Shown here in pieces: positions 47,230 through 56,108 of a stretch of 64,000 bases of DNA. Each line of letters opens with the position of its first letter. The first letter of the stretch is position 1. Under the pieces are notes generated by a model, which saw nothing but the letters and a program-made list of their open reading frames with translations, searched no databases and was not told the DNA's origin. Both the position numbers and the translations under genes were made by a program. Origin of the DNA: Tetramitus jugosus (taxonomy: Eukaryota > Protista > Heterolobosea); the NCBI GenBank assembly GCA_937625935.1, contig OW569352.1, positions 434,001 through 498,000 of the forward strand, read 5' to 3'.

Positions 47230-49041
47230 TTAGTTGTGTTTGGTAGATAAGGACTGAATGGATTCATCAATTGCTTTTTGCATGATTGACGTACGATCTT
47301 CTCCACAGACTACTTGATGCCATGTGTCCTTCAACAAGCCGAGTTTTTCTTCGAGCAACGATCCAGCAGTCTTTGATCCGTTGAACTCGTTGACGACTGA
47401 TTCCAGAACGTCCATGTGTTCGTTGACTGGGAATGAAACACTGTTGGACCATACAGTGGTCACATCATCAGCGTCTCCTCTTCTTACTTTGATACAGCAT
47501 TGGTCAATCCATGTGTCCTTCTCCTTGAACAAGCCATTTTCTAGTGATACATAGTACACGGATGATGGATTAGTGTAGTCTTGTGGTTGATGTTGACCAG
47601 TCTCAGACGACTTGACCTGTGCAATCATGTTGTTCAAACGGTTGAGTGCACCTTTCTCCGTTTCTTCCCGTGACAATGGTTGTTCATTGATATCGGACTT
47701 GACTGGAACTGACACGACTCGAACATTGACTTTTTGATCCGCACTTTCATGAGGCATTGGCTTGGAGAATGCTCTTCGCACTGCCTCCAGTTTGGATGGT
47801 GTTCCTGAAGCGACATAGATTGTTCTTTGGATCGCTGGAGTTTTCATTCGAGGCAAGCTCAATTGTTGTAAGATGCTGTCGGCCAATAGGTCATGAACAG
47901 GGATGACATGGAAGGGTGCCACGCCAGTAATCTTTGAAGCAACTTCTGGAATGGTGTTTGTAGTGAAAAAGTACTCGAATCCCTCGCGATCTCCACCCTT
48001 CAAGAACCTCTTGTGACAATCATTGGGGAACACACAGTGCACAACAAAGGCACTCACCTTCTTGGCACCCATCTTCACGAGAGCTCTGCGACATTCGTCC
48101 AATGTACCACCAGATTGCACCAGATCATCCACAATGACGACATGATCCATACAGTGATCATCCTTTGTTGGCCAGTGTAATCTGTCAGTGATGGTAATCT
48201 TACGCAAATCTCCTTCTCTTACCTTGGCACAGATAATTGTCGGAAATCCTTCAAAAATCTTCTTAAATCTCTTGGAGGCACCTTCATCTGGGAAAGCAAT
48301 GGTGACTCTATGATGCGATCGTATATATTCTGTAAACAGTGGAATGGCAGACATCATTTTCATAATGACATTATCCGTAAAGTAGAAGCGAACCGTAGAT
48401 GCATGAATATCAAAGATTCGCAATGTAGCTGGTCCAGATCGAGTCATTGGCATGCACGAAGTCAAAATTCTTGCAGTAGTTTCCGCTGTGGCCACAGTTC
48501 CCTCTTCTTCAACTCTTTCCATCGTTGCAGGACCAAAGTAAGGAATCACAATGTTCAATGACTGGACCAGTTGTCTTGGAAGCACCATAATGACACTCAA
48601 CTGCTCCAATAGCTTTGCTGGATCATAGAGACTGCCCAGAAACACGACATGACGACCCTGTAGCTCATTCATGTGCTCAAACTGAATATTGTAATATCCG
48701 TCGGGAAATTTGTTCCAATGGATGATTCCACGACGAAATTGTGAGCTGTAATTGTTGCAAATGTCGTCGGCAATCGTGTCCATGGAAGGATATGACATGA
48801 CAACGACTCTTTGATCATCTGTTCCAGGTAGAGGCTCAAGTGGGCGATAAAGCTTTTGTTGTTGTTTCGTTTGACTCATATTTGTTATTCTTTGTTGTTG
48901 TTGAGAATAAAACAAGAAGTGGTTGGTGGTTTTTGTTGATGTTTTGGTGGTTGTCGTAGTGGCACTCCGAACAGAAAAGAGCGTATTCACATTGTTCGGC
49001 AATGTTCGCTTCCAGCAAGATCTCGAGATGTTTTTGATCAT
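47230..49041 (-). CDS. Class II ribose-phosphate pyrophosphokinase fused to YjjX-like inosine/xanthosine triphosphatase
   Basis: PRS: EQLSVI..LP..IPYF..TMERVEEEG.VATA, IAFPDEGASKRF, HVVIVDDLVQSGGTL. YjjX: VASGTPSKLEAVRRAF, VKSDINEQPLSREET.KGALNR, VSLENGL. Confidence 0.9.
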   Translation of the reverse strand: MIKNISRSCWKRTLPNNVNTLFSVRSATTTTTKTSTKTTNHFLFYSQQQQRITNMSQTKQQQKLYRPLEPLPGTDDQRVVVMSYPSMDTIADDICNNYSSQFRRGIIHWNKFPDGYYNIQFEHMNELQGRHVVFLGSLYDPAKLLEQLSVIMVLPRQLVQSLNIVIPYFGPATMERVEEEGTVATAETTARILTSCMPMTRSGPATLRIFDIHASTVRFYFTDNVIMKMMSAIPLFTEYIRSHHRVTIAFPDEGASKRFKKIFEGFPTIICAKVREGDLRKITITDRLHWPTKDDHCMDHVVIVDDLVQSGGTLDECRRALVKMGAKKVSAFVVHCVFPNDCHKRFLKGGDREGFEYFFTTNTIPEVASKITGVAPFHVIPVHDLLADSILQQLSLPRMKTPAIQRTIYVASGTPSKLEAVRRAFSKPMPHESADQKVNVRVVSVPVKSDINEQPLSREETEKGALNRLNNMIAQVKSSETGQHQPQDYTNPSSVYYVSLENGLFKEKDTWIDQCCIKVRRGDADDVTTVWSNSVSFPVNEHMDVLESVVNEFNGSKTAGSLLEEKLGLLKDTWHQVVCGEDRTSIMQKAIDESIQSLSTKHN

Positions 49042-49271
49042 CGTTTTACAAGTTCATCCTGTTTGTTCCACCATAGGAATAATGTGAGATTCGGAGGAAT
49101 TAAGTTCGAAAAACAAAGTAGAAGGTTGAACGCGTGTTCGTACAGTCAGTGTTCTCCCTCGCAGAGCAGGAAACTGTACTTCATAAAAATCCGCTTCACA
49201 CAGAAAAAGCAAAACAGTCTCAAACAAACAAACAAACACACATACTCTAAATCACCATACATACATTGAAA

Positions 49272-50375
49272 ATGAAACAACCTTCCTTTTCTCAACCACT
49301 CTTCCTCATTGCCCTTACTATCCTCTCCCTGATCACCCTCTCCGTTCTCTGTCAAATACCTGCCTACCAACAACACCAACAACCACCATATGACTACCAA
49401 CAACAACCATCAGACATGATCCACATGTCTCAAATATCTGCTCTCACACTATACAAGGACCGTTTCACTACTTCACGGAAGAATCAACCAGTCCCACAAA
49501 TGCGCTGCACAGGTGGTGATGCACAGTACAGTGGTTATGTGCCTAAAGTCGTGAGTTGCAAGAGTTTGGGAAGTGACGGTGTGTCTACACAATGGAAATG
49601 TGAAGCTTCCATGGATGATCGTTACAAATTTGGCTCTGTTCACGTCAATTGTGAAGGTTATAGTGGTCCAGGTGATATTCATGTAGTCAAGGGCAGTTGT
49701 GCACTGGATTATGAGTTGTTGTTTACGGAAAAGGGCAAAAGAATGAATGAACAGAATGTGAATAGACATGCAAGAGCTTTTGGAAACGCTCCTAATCATC
49801 ATCAATATGCTGGTGGTGGACAACCAATCTATGAAGATGATAGTTCAAGTGCCGGAGCAGGAAGCATCTTTTTGTTCATTTTGGTCGTTGGTGCCCTAGT
49901 GGTTGTTCTGTACAAGTGTGCTGATAACAATGGTGCTCAAGCAACATACAATAGTAGCACTGCCACCAATGATCCTTATACACATGTACCTCCATACAAT
50001 CCTAATGCCTATCCTGATGCACATTCCAGCAGTACCAGCAGTGGAACCTATCCAAACATGTACCCTAATGCTGGCACTCCTCCTTATCCAACATCTACAC
50101 CAAACAATAACACGAGCAGTGGAATTGGAACTGCTACGGCGTTTGCGACAGGATTAGGATTGGGAGCCACAGGTGGATTCATGGCTGGTAGAGCTACAGC
50201 TCGATCGTCTCCCTCATACAATGATTATTCTTCCTCTTCTTATTCGAATCGATCATCCAACTCTTCATCTTACAACAGTGGTTATCGCAGCAGTCGTAGT
50301 AGCTACGATGACGATCACAAAGAGAAGAGCTCAGAGCACAAATCCACAGGCTATGGTGGGTCATCCAGTCGGTAA
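49272..50375 (+). CDS. SARAF: SARAF/TMEM66-like membrane protein
   Basis: Signal peptide; LTLYKDRFTTSR..PVPQMRCTGG..QWKCEA..FG.V.VNCEGY..GSCALDY; TM; ends STGYGGSSSR. Confidence 0.92.
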   Translation: MKQPSFSQPLFLIALTILSLITLSVLCQIPAYQQHQQPPYDYQQQPSDMIHMSQISALTLYKDRFTTSRKNQPVPQMRCTGGDAQYSGYVPKVVSCKSLGSDGVSTQWKCEASMDDRYKFGSVHVNCEGYSGPGDIHVVKGSCALDYELLFTEKGKRMNEQNVNRHARAFGNAPNHHQYAGGGQPIYEDDSSSAGAGSIFLFILVVGALVVVLYKCADNNGAQATYNSSTATNDPYTHVPPYNPNAYPDAHSSSTSSGTYPNMYPNAGTPPYPTSTPNNNTSSGIGTATAFATGLGLGATGGFMAGRATARSSPSYNDYSSSSYSNRSSNSSSYNSGYRSSRSSYDDDHKEKSSEHKSTGYGGSSSR

Positions 50376-50439
50376 ATAAACAATTTTTGGTCTTCCAGAG
50401 CAAGTCACATGTTATCATCTGACTCAATTGATTCAATTC

Positions 50440-50598
50440 CTGTCATAGTTTTCAGTTGATTGGAGGTCGTATGATGTTATCTTGGTATCTATCCACTACT
50501 GATTTTGAAGTGCGCTGAACCTTATTTTCACTTGTTAATTGTCTTTGGCTGATCAACACTTTACTTAACTTCGTGAAAGACACTGTAAAACGCCTCAT
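50440..50598 (-). pseudogene. Fragment of the 52046-53002 gene
   Basis: Near-identical to 52287-52459 with indels (FTVSFTKLS.VLISQRQLTSENKV). Confidence 0.88.
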
Positions 50599-50665
50599 CC
50601 AACGACTAGAAACTCTCAAGTTCTTTTGCCGACCAAGCCAGCCATAAACATTTCCTTTGACAACA

Positions 50666-51316
50666 ATGTACACAACCGCCAATCACTACATATTCGCCGG
50701 TCCTTGCTACAAGCACCAAAAAATTGTTACTTTCAAATATAAAACCACTAGCAAACAAATTTTAATTGAAGAGGATGATTCTCTTCCATCCCTGAAACAG
50801 CGGGTGGCAGCATCGTTCGGTATACGTCCTTCTGGTTTACATTTCGCTGATAATGAACCAAGGAATGTGTTGTGGGCTGATCTAATATTTATAAGAGAGG
50901 ATTTGCTTATAGCTCAACCTATGTCTGTCAGAAATGAACCATTAGGACCCGCAAGGATGGTACCTGACACTGTCGAATGCTTTGTCGATTGTTATCAGCT
51001 CACAGTTGATGAATGCACGGATCCCACACAAGTCCAATGGTTTTCTCCACCTCCAAGCCAGATTTCTCTGATTTTAGATGGTCAGGTATTACATGCCATA
51101 CCATTGAAGGACGGAACAACTTTTGCTTCTATGCTTGATGCATTGGAATTTGTTTCGCAAGTCAGCCAGATTGATCTACGTGATTCCTTTGATTCATTGA
51201 AAGAACATGTCTCATATTGTCTTCATAACTTGACTCTCTATCGAGAATTCTTGAAGGGGGAATACAGAGTGCAGGGAGGCGCTGACAATAAGGTCTACTT
51301 GATCAGTGTTGAATAA
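50666..51316 (+). CDS. Hypothetical protein, copy 1, putative beta-grasp (ubiquitin/PB1-like) domain(s)
   Basis: 216-aa ORF about 90% identical to 53176-53826; IVTFKY..KQILIEEDDSLPSLKQRVAASFGI resembles a Ubl beta-beta-alpha start. Confidence 0.75.
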   Translation: MYTTANHYIFAGPCYKHQKIVTFKYKTTSKQILIEEDDSLPSLKQRVAASFGIRPSGLHFADNEPRNVLWADLIFIREDLLIAQPMSVRNEPLGPARMVPDTVECFVDCYQLTVDECTDPTQVQWFSPPPSQISLILDGQVLHAIPLKDGTTFASMLDALEFVSQVSQIDLRDSFDSLKEHVSYCLHNLTLYREFLKGEYRVQGGADNKVYLISVE

Positions 51317-51340
51317 ATAGAGTTTACGAGGGACTTCTGG

Positions 51341-51590
51341 GATGCATGCTTATGTGTATTCGAAGAATCCCCCGTGAGATTAGAGGTACTGAATGTTCAA
51401 ATGCTTCTTCAATTGAAATATCAGACAGTTGTACCCATCTCAACTTTACTATGATGGAATTGTTGAAACCATGTGATCTCGACAACAATTCTATCCGGTG
51501 AAATTCAAAGTTTATGACATCCATTCGAATAAGAACTTCACCCTAACAGACACCATAGTCCTCGAAGATGCCAATAGAATTCCATGCTTC
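51341..51590 (+). pseudogene. Eroded fragment of the 54655-55431 gene
   Basis: Matches about 54801-55039 (TTCAATTGAAATATCAGACAGTTGT, AACAATTCTATCCGGTG) with frameshifts. Confidence 0.85.
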
Positions 51591-51700
51591 TCAACTCTTT
51601 ATCGAACAACAGTTATTGCTGCCGCAGAAACTACGATGACGATCATGAAGAAAGAGCTCCTGAGTCATCCAGTCGGTAAATAAACAATTTTTGGTCTTCC
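51591..51700 (+). pseudogene. Eroded copy of the SARAF 3' end
   Basis: CTACGATGACGATCA..GAGCTC..GTCATCCAGTCGGTAAATAAAC matches about 50260-50396. Confidence 0.85.
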
Positions 51701-52045
51701 CACTTCCAAAATAGAAACAAAAACTAAGTTTGTTTTGCTTCATCTCTTGTGTGTTTTGGATGATGGAAAGAACAATAAAGAAGCATTTTCAGATCTGGTC
51801 TTTTGACGGCTACAGAGTATAAACTCGAGTTTTGTTCTCAACTCAGATCTCAACAAGTGAACGATTGGCAGTGGAACAAAAACAATGATGGCCACAAGAG
51901 GCCATGTACAGAGTGTTCCATTGTGTTGAGTCCATTTGGTTATACGACGCAGTTGGGGATTGTTTTTTGTGTTAATGGTCACATCATGCCTTTTAATAAA
52001 ATCAATTGTTGTTTGGCCTTCATTCAAAGTCAACAATAAAGTCAC

Positions 52046-53002
52046 TCACTTTTTTGGGGCTGTTGCTGGTGTTAATTGTGAATAGTGATCAACGAATTTC
52101 TTGGTAGCTTGGTGCATTTCCTTGATTTGATTGCAGAAATTCAAAGGAATACTCTTAAGAGTACTTTGATCTTCAAAATTAACCACTGTTCGCGTATCCC
52201 CACCATAATACTCATAGCGCTCAAAATTACACTTTTTTATCTCCAACTTTGCGAGAGAAATCTTCGCGCTTGAACTCTTCACAAAGCTGTCATAGTTTTC
52301 AGTTGATTGGAGGTCGTATGATGTTATCTTGGTATCTATTACTGATTTTGGAGTGAAACGATCTTCGATGTTAGACGGAACCTTATTTTCGCTTGTTAAT
52401 TGTCTTTGGCTGATCAACACTCCACTTAACTTCGTTAAAGACACTGTAAAATGCTTCATTTCTGTGGTCGCTTCTTTTTGATCTGAAATGATAATTGATC
52501 TCTCATAATGCGCCCCAATATCTACCAAGGCGAGTGGTTCCTGTAAATCATCGTCTTTGAAAATGATTATGGCGTAATGCTCCTCAGATGATGTTAAAGT
52601 TCTCTGCACAATAGATGATGTAAATCTTACTCTCTTCTCCATAAGGTCTCTCAAAGGGTCAGAACACTTCTTTTTAACACGAGAATACAATAGCAGTGAA
52701 AGTATAAGACAATCACCATCAATCCATTGATCGGGGGAATTGGTCAAATTATGGATCCACTGACGTTGATACAAACCCCAAGCCAGTTTCATAACATCTC
52801 GTTCATCAGTGCCTTCCATGTGAGTAGCAACAGTTTCCACTTTAGTCTTTAAATCTTGATAAAAGAGACTGAAGTCGTACACAAGAGAAAGTGAAGGGAA
52901 ACTGTGGAATCTATTGTTAGTGAAACATTCCATGATGAGAGCTTGTTGAGTTGTATTGAATAATTCAATCAAATCCTCCAGGAGGTTTTCTGTTTCACTC
53001 AT
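52046..53002 (-). CDS. Putative transglutaminase/arylamine-N-acetyltransferase-like Cys-His-Asp enzyme
   Basis: DGDCLILS ... EHYAIII ... LALVDIG, in the order and spacing of the papain-like/NAT triad. Confidence 0.6.
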   Translation of the reverse strand: MSETENLLEDLIELFNTTQQALIMECFTNNRFHSFPSLSLVYDFSLFYQDLKTKVETVATHMEGTDERDVMKLAWGLYQRQWIHNLTNSPDQWIDGDCLILSLLLYSRVKKKCSDPLRDLMEKRVRFTSSIVQRTLTSSEEHYAIIIFKDDDLQEPLALVDIGAHYERSIIISDQKEATTEMKHFTVSLTKLSGVLISQRQLTSENKVPSNIEDRFTPKSVIDTKITSYDLQSTENYDSFVKSSSAKISLAKLEIKKCNFERYEYYGGDTRTVVNFEDQSTLKSIPLNFCNQIKEMHQATKKFVDHYSQLTPATAPKK

Positions 53003-53175
53003 TCTGAATCCTTCTTGTTTTTGATTTTTTCCTAATATTAAAACTCAAGTAACATTCCGTAGTGGGGAATTTTTAGTTTTCGGAATTCAACAATCTATTT
53101 TGAGACTTTACAACAAGAAACTCCCAATCAAGTTTTTTTTGCCAACCAAGCCACAAACATTCCATTGGATAAAAA

Positions 53176-53826
53176 ATGTACACAACCATCAACCGCTACG
53201 CATTCGCAGGTCCTTGCTACAAGCACCAAAAAATTGTTACTTTCAAATATAAAACCACTAGCAAACAAATTTTAATTGAAGAGGATGATTCTCTTCCATC
53301 CCTGAAACAGCGGGTGGCAGCATCGTTCGGTATACGTCCTTCAGGTTTACATTTCGCTGATATTGAACCAAGGAATGTGTTGTGGGCTGATCTAATATTT
53401 ACGAGAGAGGATTTGCTTGTAGTTCAACCTATGTCTGTCAGAAATGAACCATTAGGACCCGCAAGGATGGTACCTGACACTGTCGAATGTTTTATCGATT
53501 ATTATCAGCTCACAGTTGATGAATGCACGGATCCCACACAAGTCCAATGGTTTTCTCCACCTCCAAGCCAGATTTCTCTGATTTTAGATGGTCAGGTATT
53601 ACATACCATACCAGTGAAGGACGGAACAACTTTTGTTTCTATGGGTGCGGTATTGCAAAAAGTTTCGGAAGAAAGCCAGATTGATCTACGTGATTCCTTT
53701 GATTCATTGACAGAACATGTCTCATATTGTCTTCATAACTTGACTCTCTATCGAGAATTCTTAAAGGGGGAATACAGAGTGCAGGGGGGCGCTGACAATA
53801 AGGTCTACTTGATCCGTGTTGAATAA
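53176..53826 (+). CDS. Hypothetical protein, copy 2, putative beta-grasp domain(s)
   Basis: Paralogue of 50666-51316; both ORFs are intact and the same length. Confidence 0.75.
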   Translation: MYTTINRYAFAGPCYKHQKIVTFKYKTTSKQILIEEDDSLPSLKQRVAASFGIRPSGLHFADIEPRNVLWADLIFTREDLLVVQPMSVRNEPLGPARMVPDTVECFIDYYQLTVDECTDPTQVQWFSPPPSQISLILDGQVLHTIPVKDGTTFVSMGAVLQKVSEESQIDLRDSFDSLTEHVSYCLHNLTLYREFLKGEYRVQGGADNKVYLIRVE

Positions 53827-54163
53827 ATCGAGTTTACGCAGTCGTGAGACATTCGATGCACTGAACAATGTTCAATTGTGGTCTCCTCGAAGATGGGTCC
53901 ATAAATAAACAATTTTTGGTCTTCCGCCGGCCGGATTCCCACATCCAAAATAGATGCAAAAACAAAGTTTGTTTTGCTTCATCTCTTGCGGGTTTTGGGT
54001 GAGGGAAAGAACAATAAAGAAGCATTTTCAGATCTGGTCTTTTGACGGCTACAGAGTATATACCCGAGTTTTGTTCGAATATCCCTCTGTTGCTCAACGA
54101 ACTCAGATCTCAACAAGTGCCGAACTTTCCTCTGTTCGATCGTACCGAGCAATTAATCAAAGA

Positions 54164-54654
54164 ATGGGAGAGCAGGAGCTAAGAAACCACTCTTGTACCA
54201 ACAGGAGTTGAACGAACTCTTGTTCTCGTGTCAACTTTTACGACAAGACAACCAAAGATTGCACTTTCCACCCGACACTCAAGCAAAAGTTTTTGAAGAG
54301 AGTGTACAAATTGCTGCAACTGCGCTTGTCTAGAGACACAATAATTTCTCAAGATGATCAATCTGGCAGTATCTACCATCGATTGAAGACGACATTACAA
54401 AACATGATACGAACCGACTCGGATGAACATCCAGTTATACAACGGAAGTTATCTGAGATTTATCAAGTATTGCCTGACTTGATAGATGCGTATCAGAGTT
54501 TTATTTTAAGTCTTGAGGGTCATAGAGACATGGGAGACCCCAGACTAAGCTCAACAAACAATCGAGGAGCAACCATCACGAACATCTGACTAGTTACATC
54601 CACAATTGGTGTCTTTTCCTCAAGAAATCTTACTCAAAGATAAAAAGAGATATA
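54164..54654 (+). pseudogene. Frameshift-disrupted 5' coding-like region upstream of the TULIP-like ORF
   Basis: ATG at 54164 stops after 15 codons; a second frame is open to 54589 without its own upstream ATG and overlaps the open frame leading into 54655. Confidence 0.45.
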
Positions 54655-55431
54655 ATGGAGCTCATGGTAAACTCTTTGGAAGTGCAAGGTGCACTGAAAA
54701 AGTGTCCCAAAGAACAAGTTCAATCCCAATGTCACGAATTTACTCTCAAGTTGATGAATCAATGGTTTGGAAAGGATTGCGTTGATCTCATGAATCTTTC
54801 GATGCATCATTTAAGAATGCGAATCCCTCGTGAGATATTAGAGGCACTGAACAATTTTCAGTTGCCTTCTTCAATTGAAATATCAGACAGTTGTGCCCAT
54901 TACAACTTTAATATGATGGAATTTCATCCAATGTCGAAACCATGTGATCTAAACAACAATTCTATCCGGTGCAATTCAAAGTATGCCATCCATTCGAATA
55001 AGAAATTCGAAGCTACTGTGGCCATAATACTCGAAGATGTTCAAGTCCACTTACCAAATGTTGGATTCTCTCTTTCGACCAAGAACTCTAAACAAGAGAC
55101 TTTGGTTGATATTCAAGTTGGGAGTAACCTCAATGATGGAACAAAACAACGACGTGGAGGACTTTCAATCAAGGTGAATTGGCATATCACATACACTCCA
55201 GGTACCAATAGTCCTTGTTTAACACTAGGTTCCATCAAGTGTCGTATGGACAATGTTAGGATACATCCTCACCGAAGCGAGAGCAACGACAGCACAATGC
55301 ACAGCACCATTGAGAATCTCTTCGTCGGAGTAGTGAAGAATTGTATCTGTGAAGAGATAACAGACAACATTCGACATGCATCATTGGAAACAGAATTCCA
55401 ATTGAATTCCATGATTAGTTCTTCTTTGTGA
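54655..55431 (+). CDS. Putative TULIP (BPI/LBP-like) lipid-binding domain protein, possibly the 3' part of a disrupted gene
   Basis: Long beta-strand run ending in SIKCRMDNVRIH...IENLFVGVVKNCICEEI helix, a typical TULIP topology. Confidence 0.5.
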   Translation: MELMVNSLEVQGALKKCPKEQVQSQCHEFTLKLMNQWFGKDCVDLMNLSMHHLRMRIPREILEALNNFQLPSSIEISDSCAHYNFNMMEFHPMSKPCDLNNNSIRCNSKYAIHSNKKFEATVAIILEDVQVHLPNVGFSLSTKNSKQETLVDIQVGSNLNDGTKQRRGGLSIKVNWHITYTPGTNSPCLTLGSIKCRMDNVRIHPHRSESNDSTMHSTIENLFVGVVKNCICEEITDNIRHASLETEFQLNSMISSSL

Positions 55432-56108
55432 TGAAAAAAGGAGTTCGAATCCAATCGTAAAGATCATACTGTACAAACGGTGAAATATTTACTATATTTA
55501 CAACTGTCGGACTTAGATGACAGGTCGGAAAAACAAACTTGACGCCAGCTTGGCTACATGGAAGTCTCGCTCCGGTATTCATTGTCATTCAGAGAGCAGT
55601 CATCTTCCCGTACATATCTAACACCAACGATATGAATAAAGTCAGCACTCAGTCCAGCGATGATATCAGGTGCGTCCTCCTCAGGTTTCATTCTCTGAAC
55701 AATCTTTGAGATGTGAGACTGAAATCTTTCAACAGCAACAGGAACCTTCATGTTAATGGAGCACAAGAGACAGTATGTGTATATATTTGGGAGAAGAACA
55801 ATGCCCAGAGAGAAACAGTTTGTTGTTTTGTTCTGTTTGTTGTTGTGTGGACTAGTAAGCTATTGCTTTCGTTTTGTTTCTGTAAGTAATTGCAACACCA
55901 AGGAACGGTTTCAAAGCTTTTGAGATGTGTGCTGTTTTTTGCTCTTGAGTTGATGCTTTGGGCCTGTGCGAGGATCATGGATGTCTGCTCGGTATCGCGC
56001 TTTCCACCTGTCTATCCCTAAAAAGACCACTCACCAAAAACGCTTTTGAGTAAAACCGATTCATGAAAATGACATCATACGGTATGTCATCACCCATCAT
56101 TCTCTGGT

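Larger units (their letters stand above)
50373..53925 (+). repeat. Three exact copies of 24-nt TAAATAAACAATTTTTGGTCTTCC (50373-50396, 51677-51700, 53902-53925), marking units of a tandem segmental triplication
   Basis: Direct sequence identity; the first copy is the SARAF stop codon and poly(A)-signal region. Confidence 0.92.

Noticed and set aside
50373-53925. 24-nt direct repeats as transposon ends or target-site duplications
   Set aside because: The repeat is the SARAF stop/poly(A) region copied with flanking gene relics; no transposase, TIR or LTR is visible
55441-55452. GAGTTCGAATCC, a tRNA T-loop/B-box-like sequence
   Set aside because: No acceptor, D or anticodon stems can be formed around it
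55554-55766. Short minus-strand ORF (MKVPVAVERF...)
   Set aside because: Only about 65 codons from its ATG, with no motif or supportable exon partner; it may be a relic but cannot be supported
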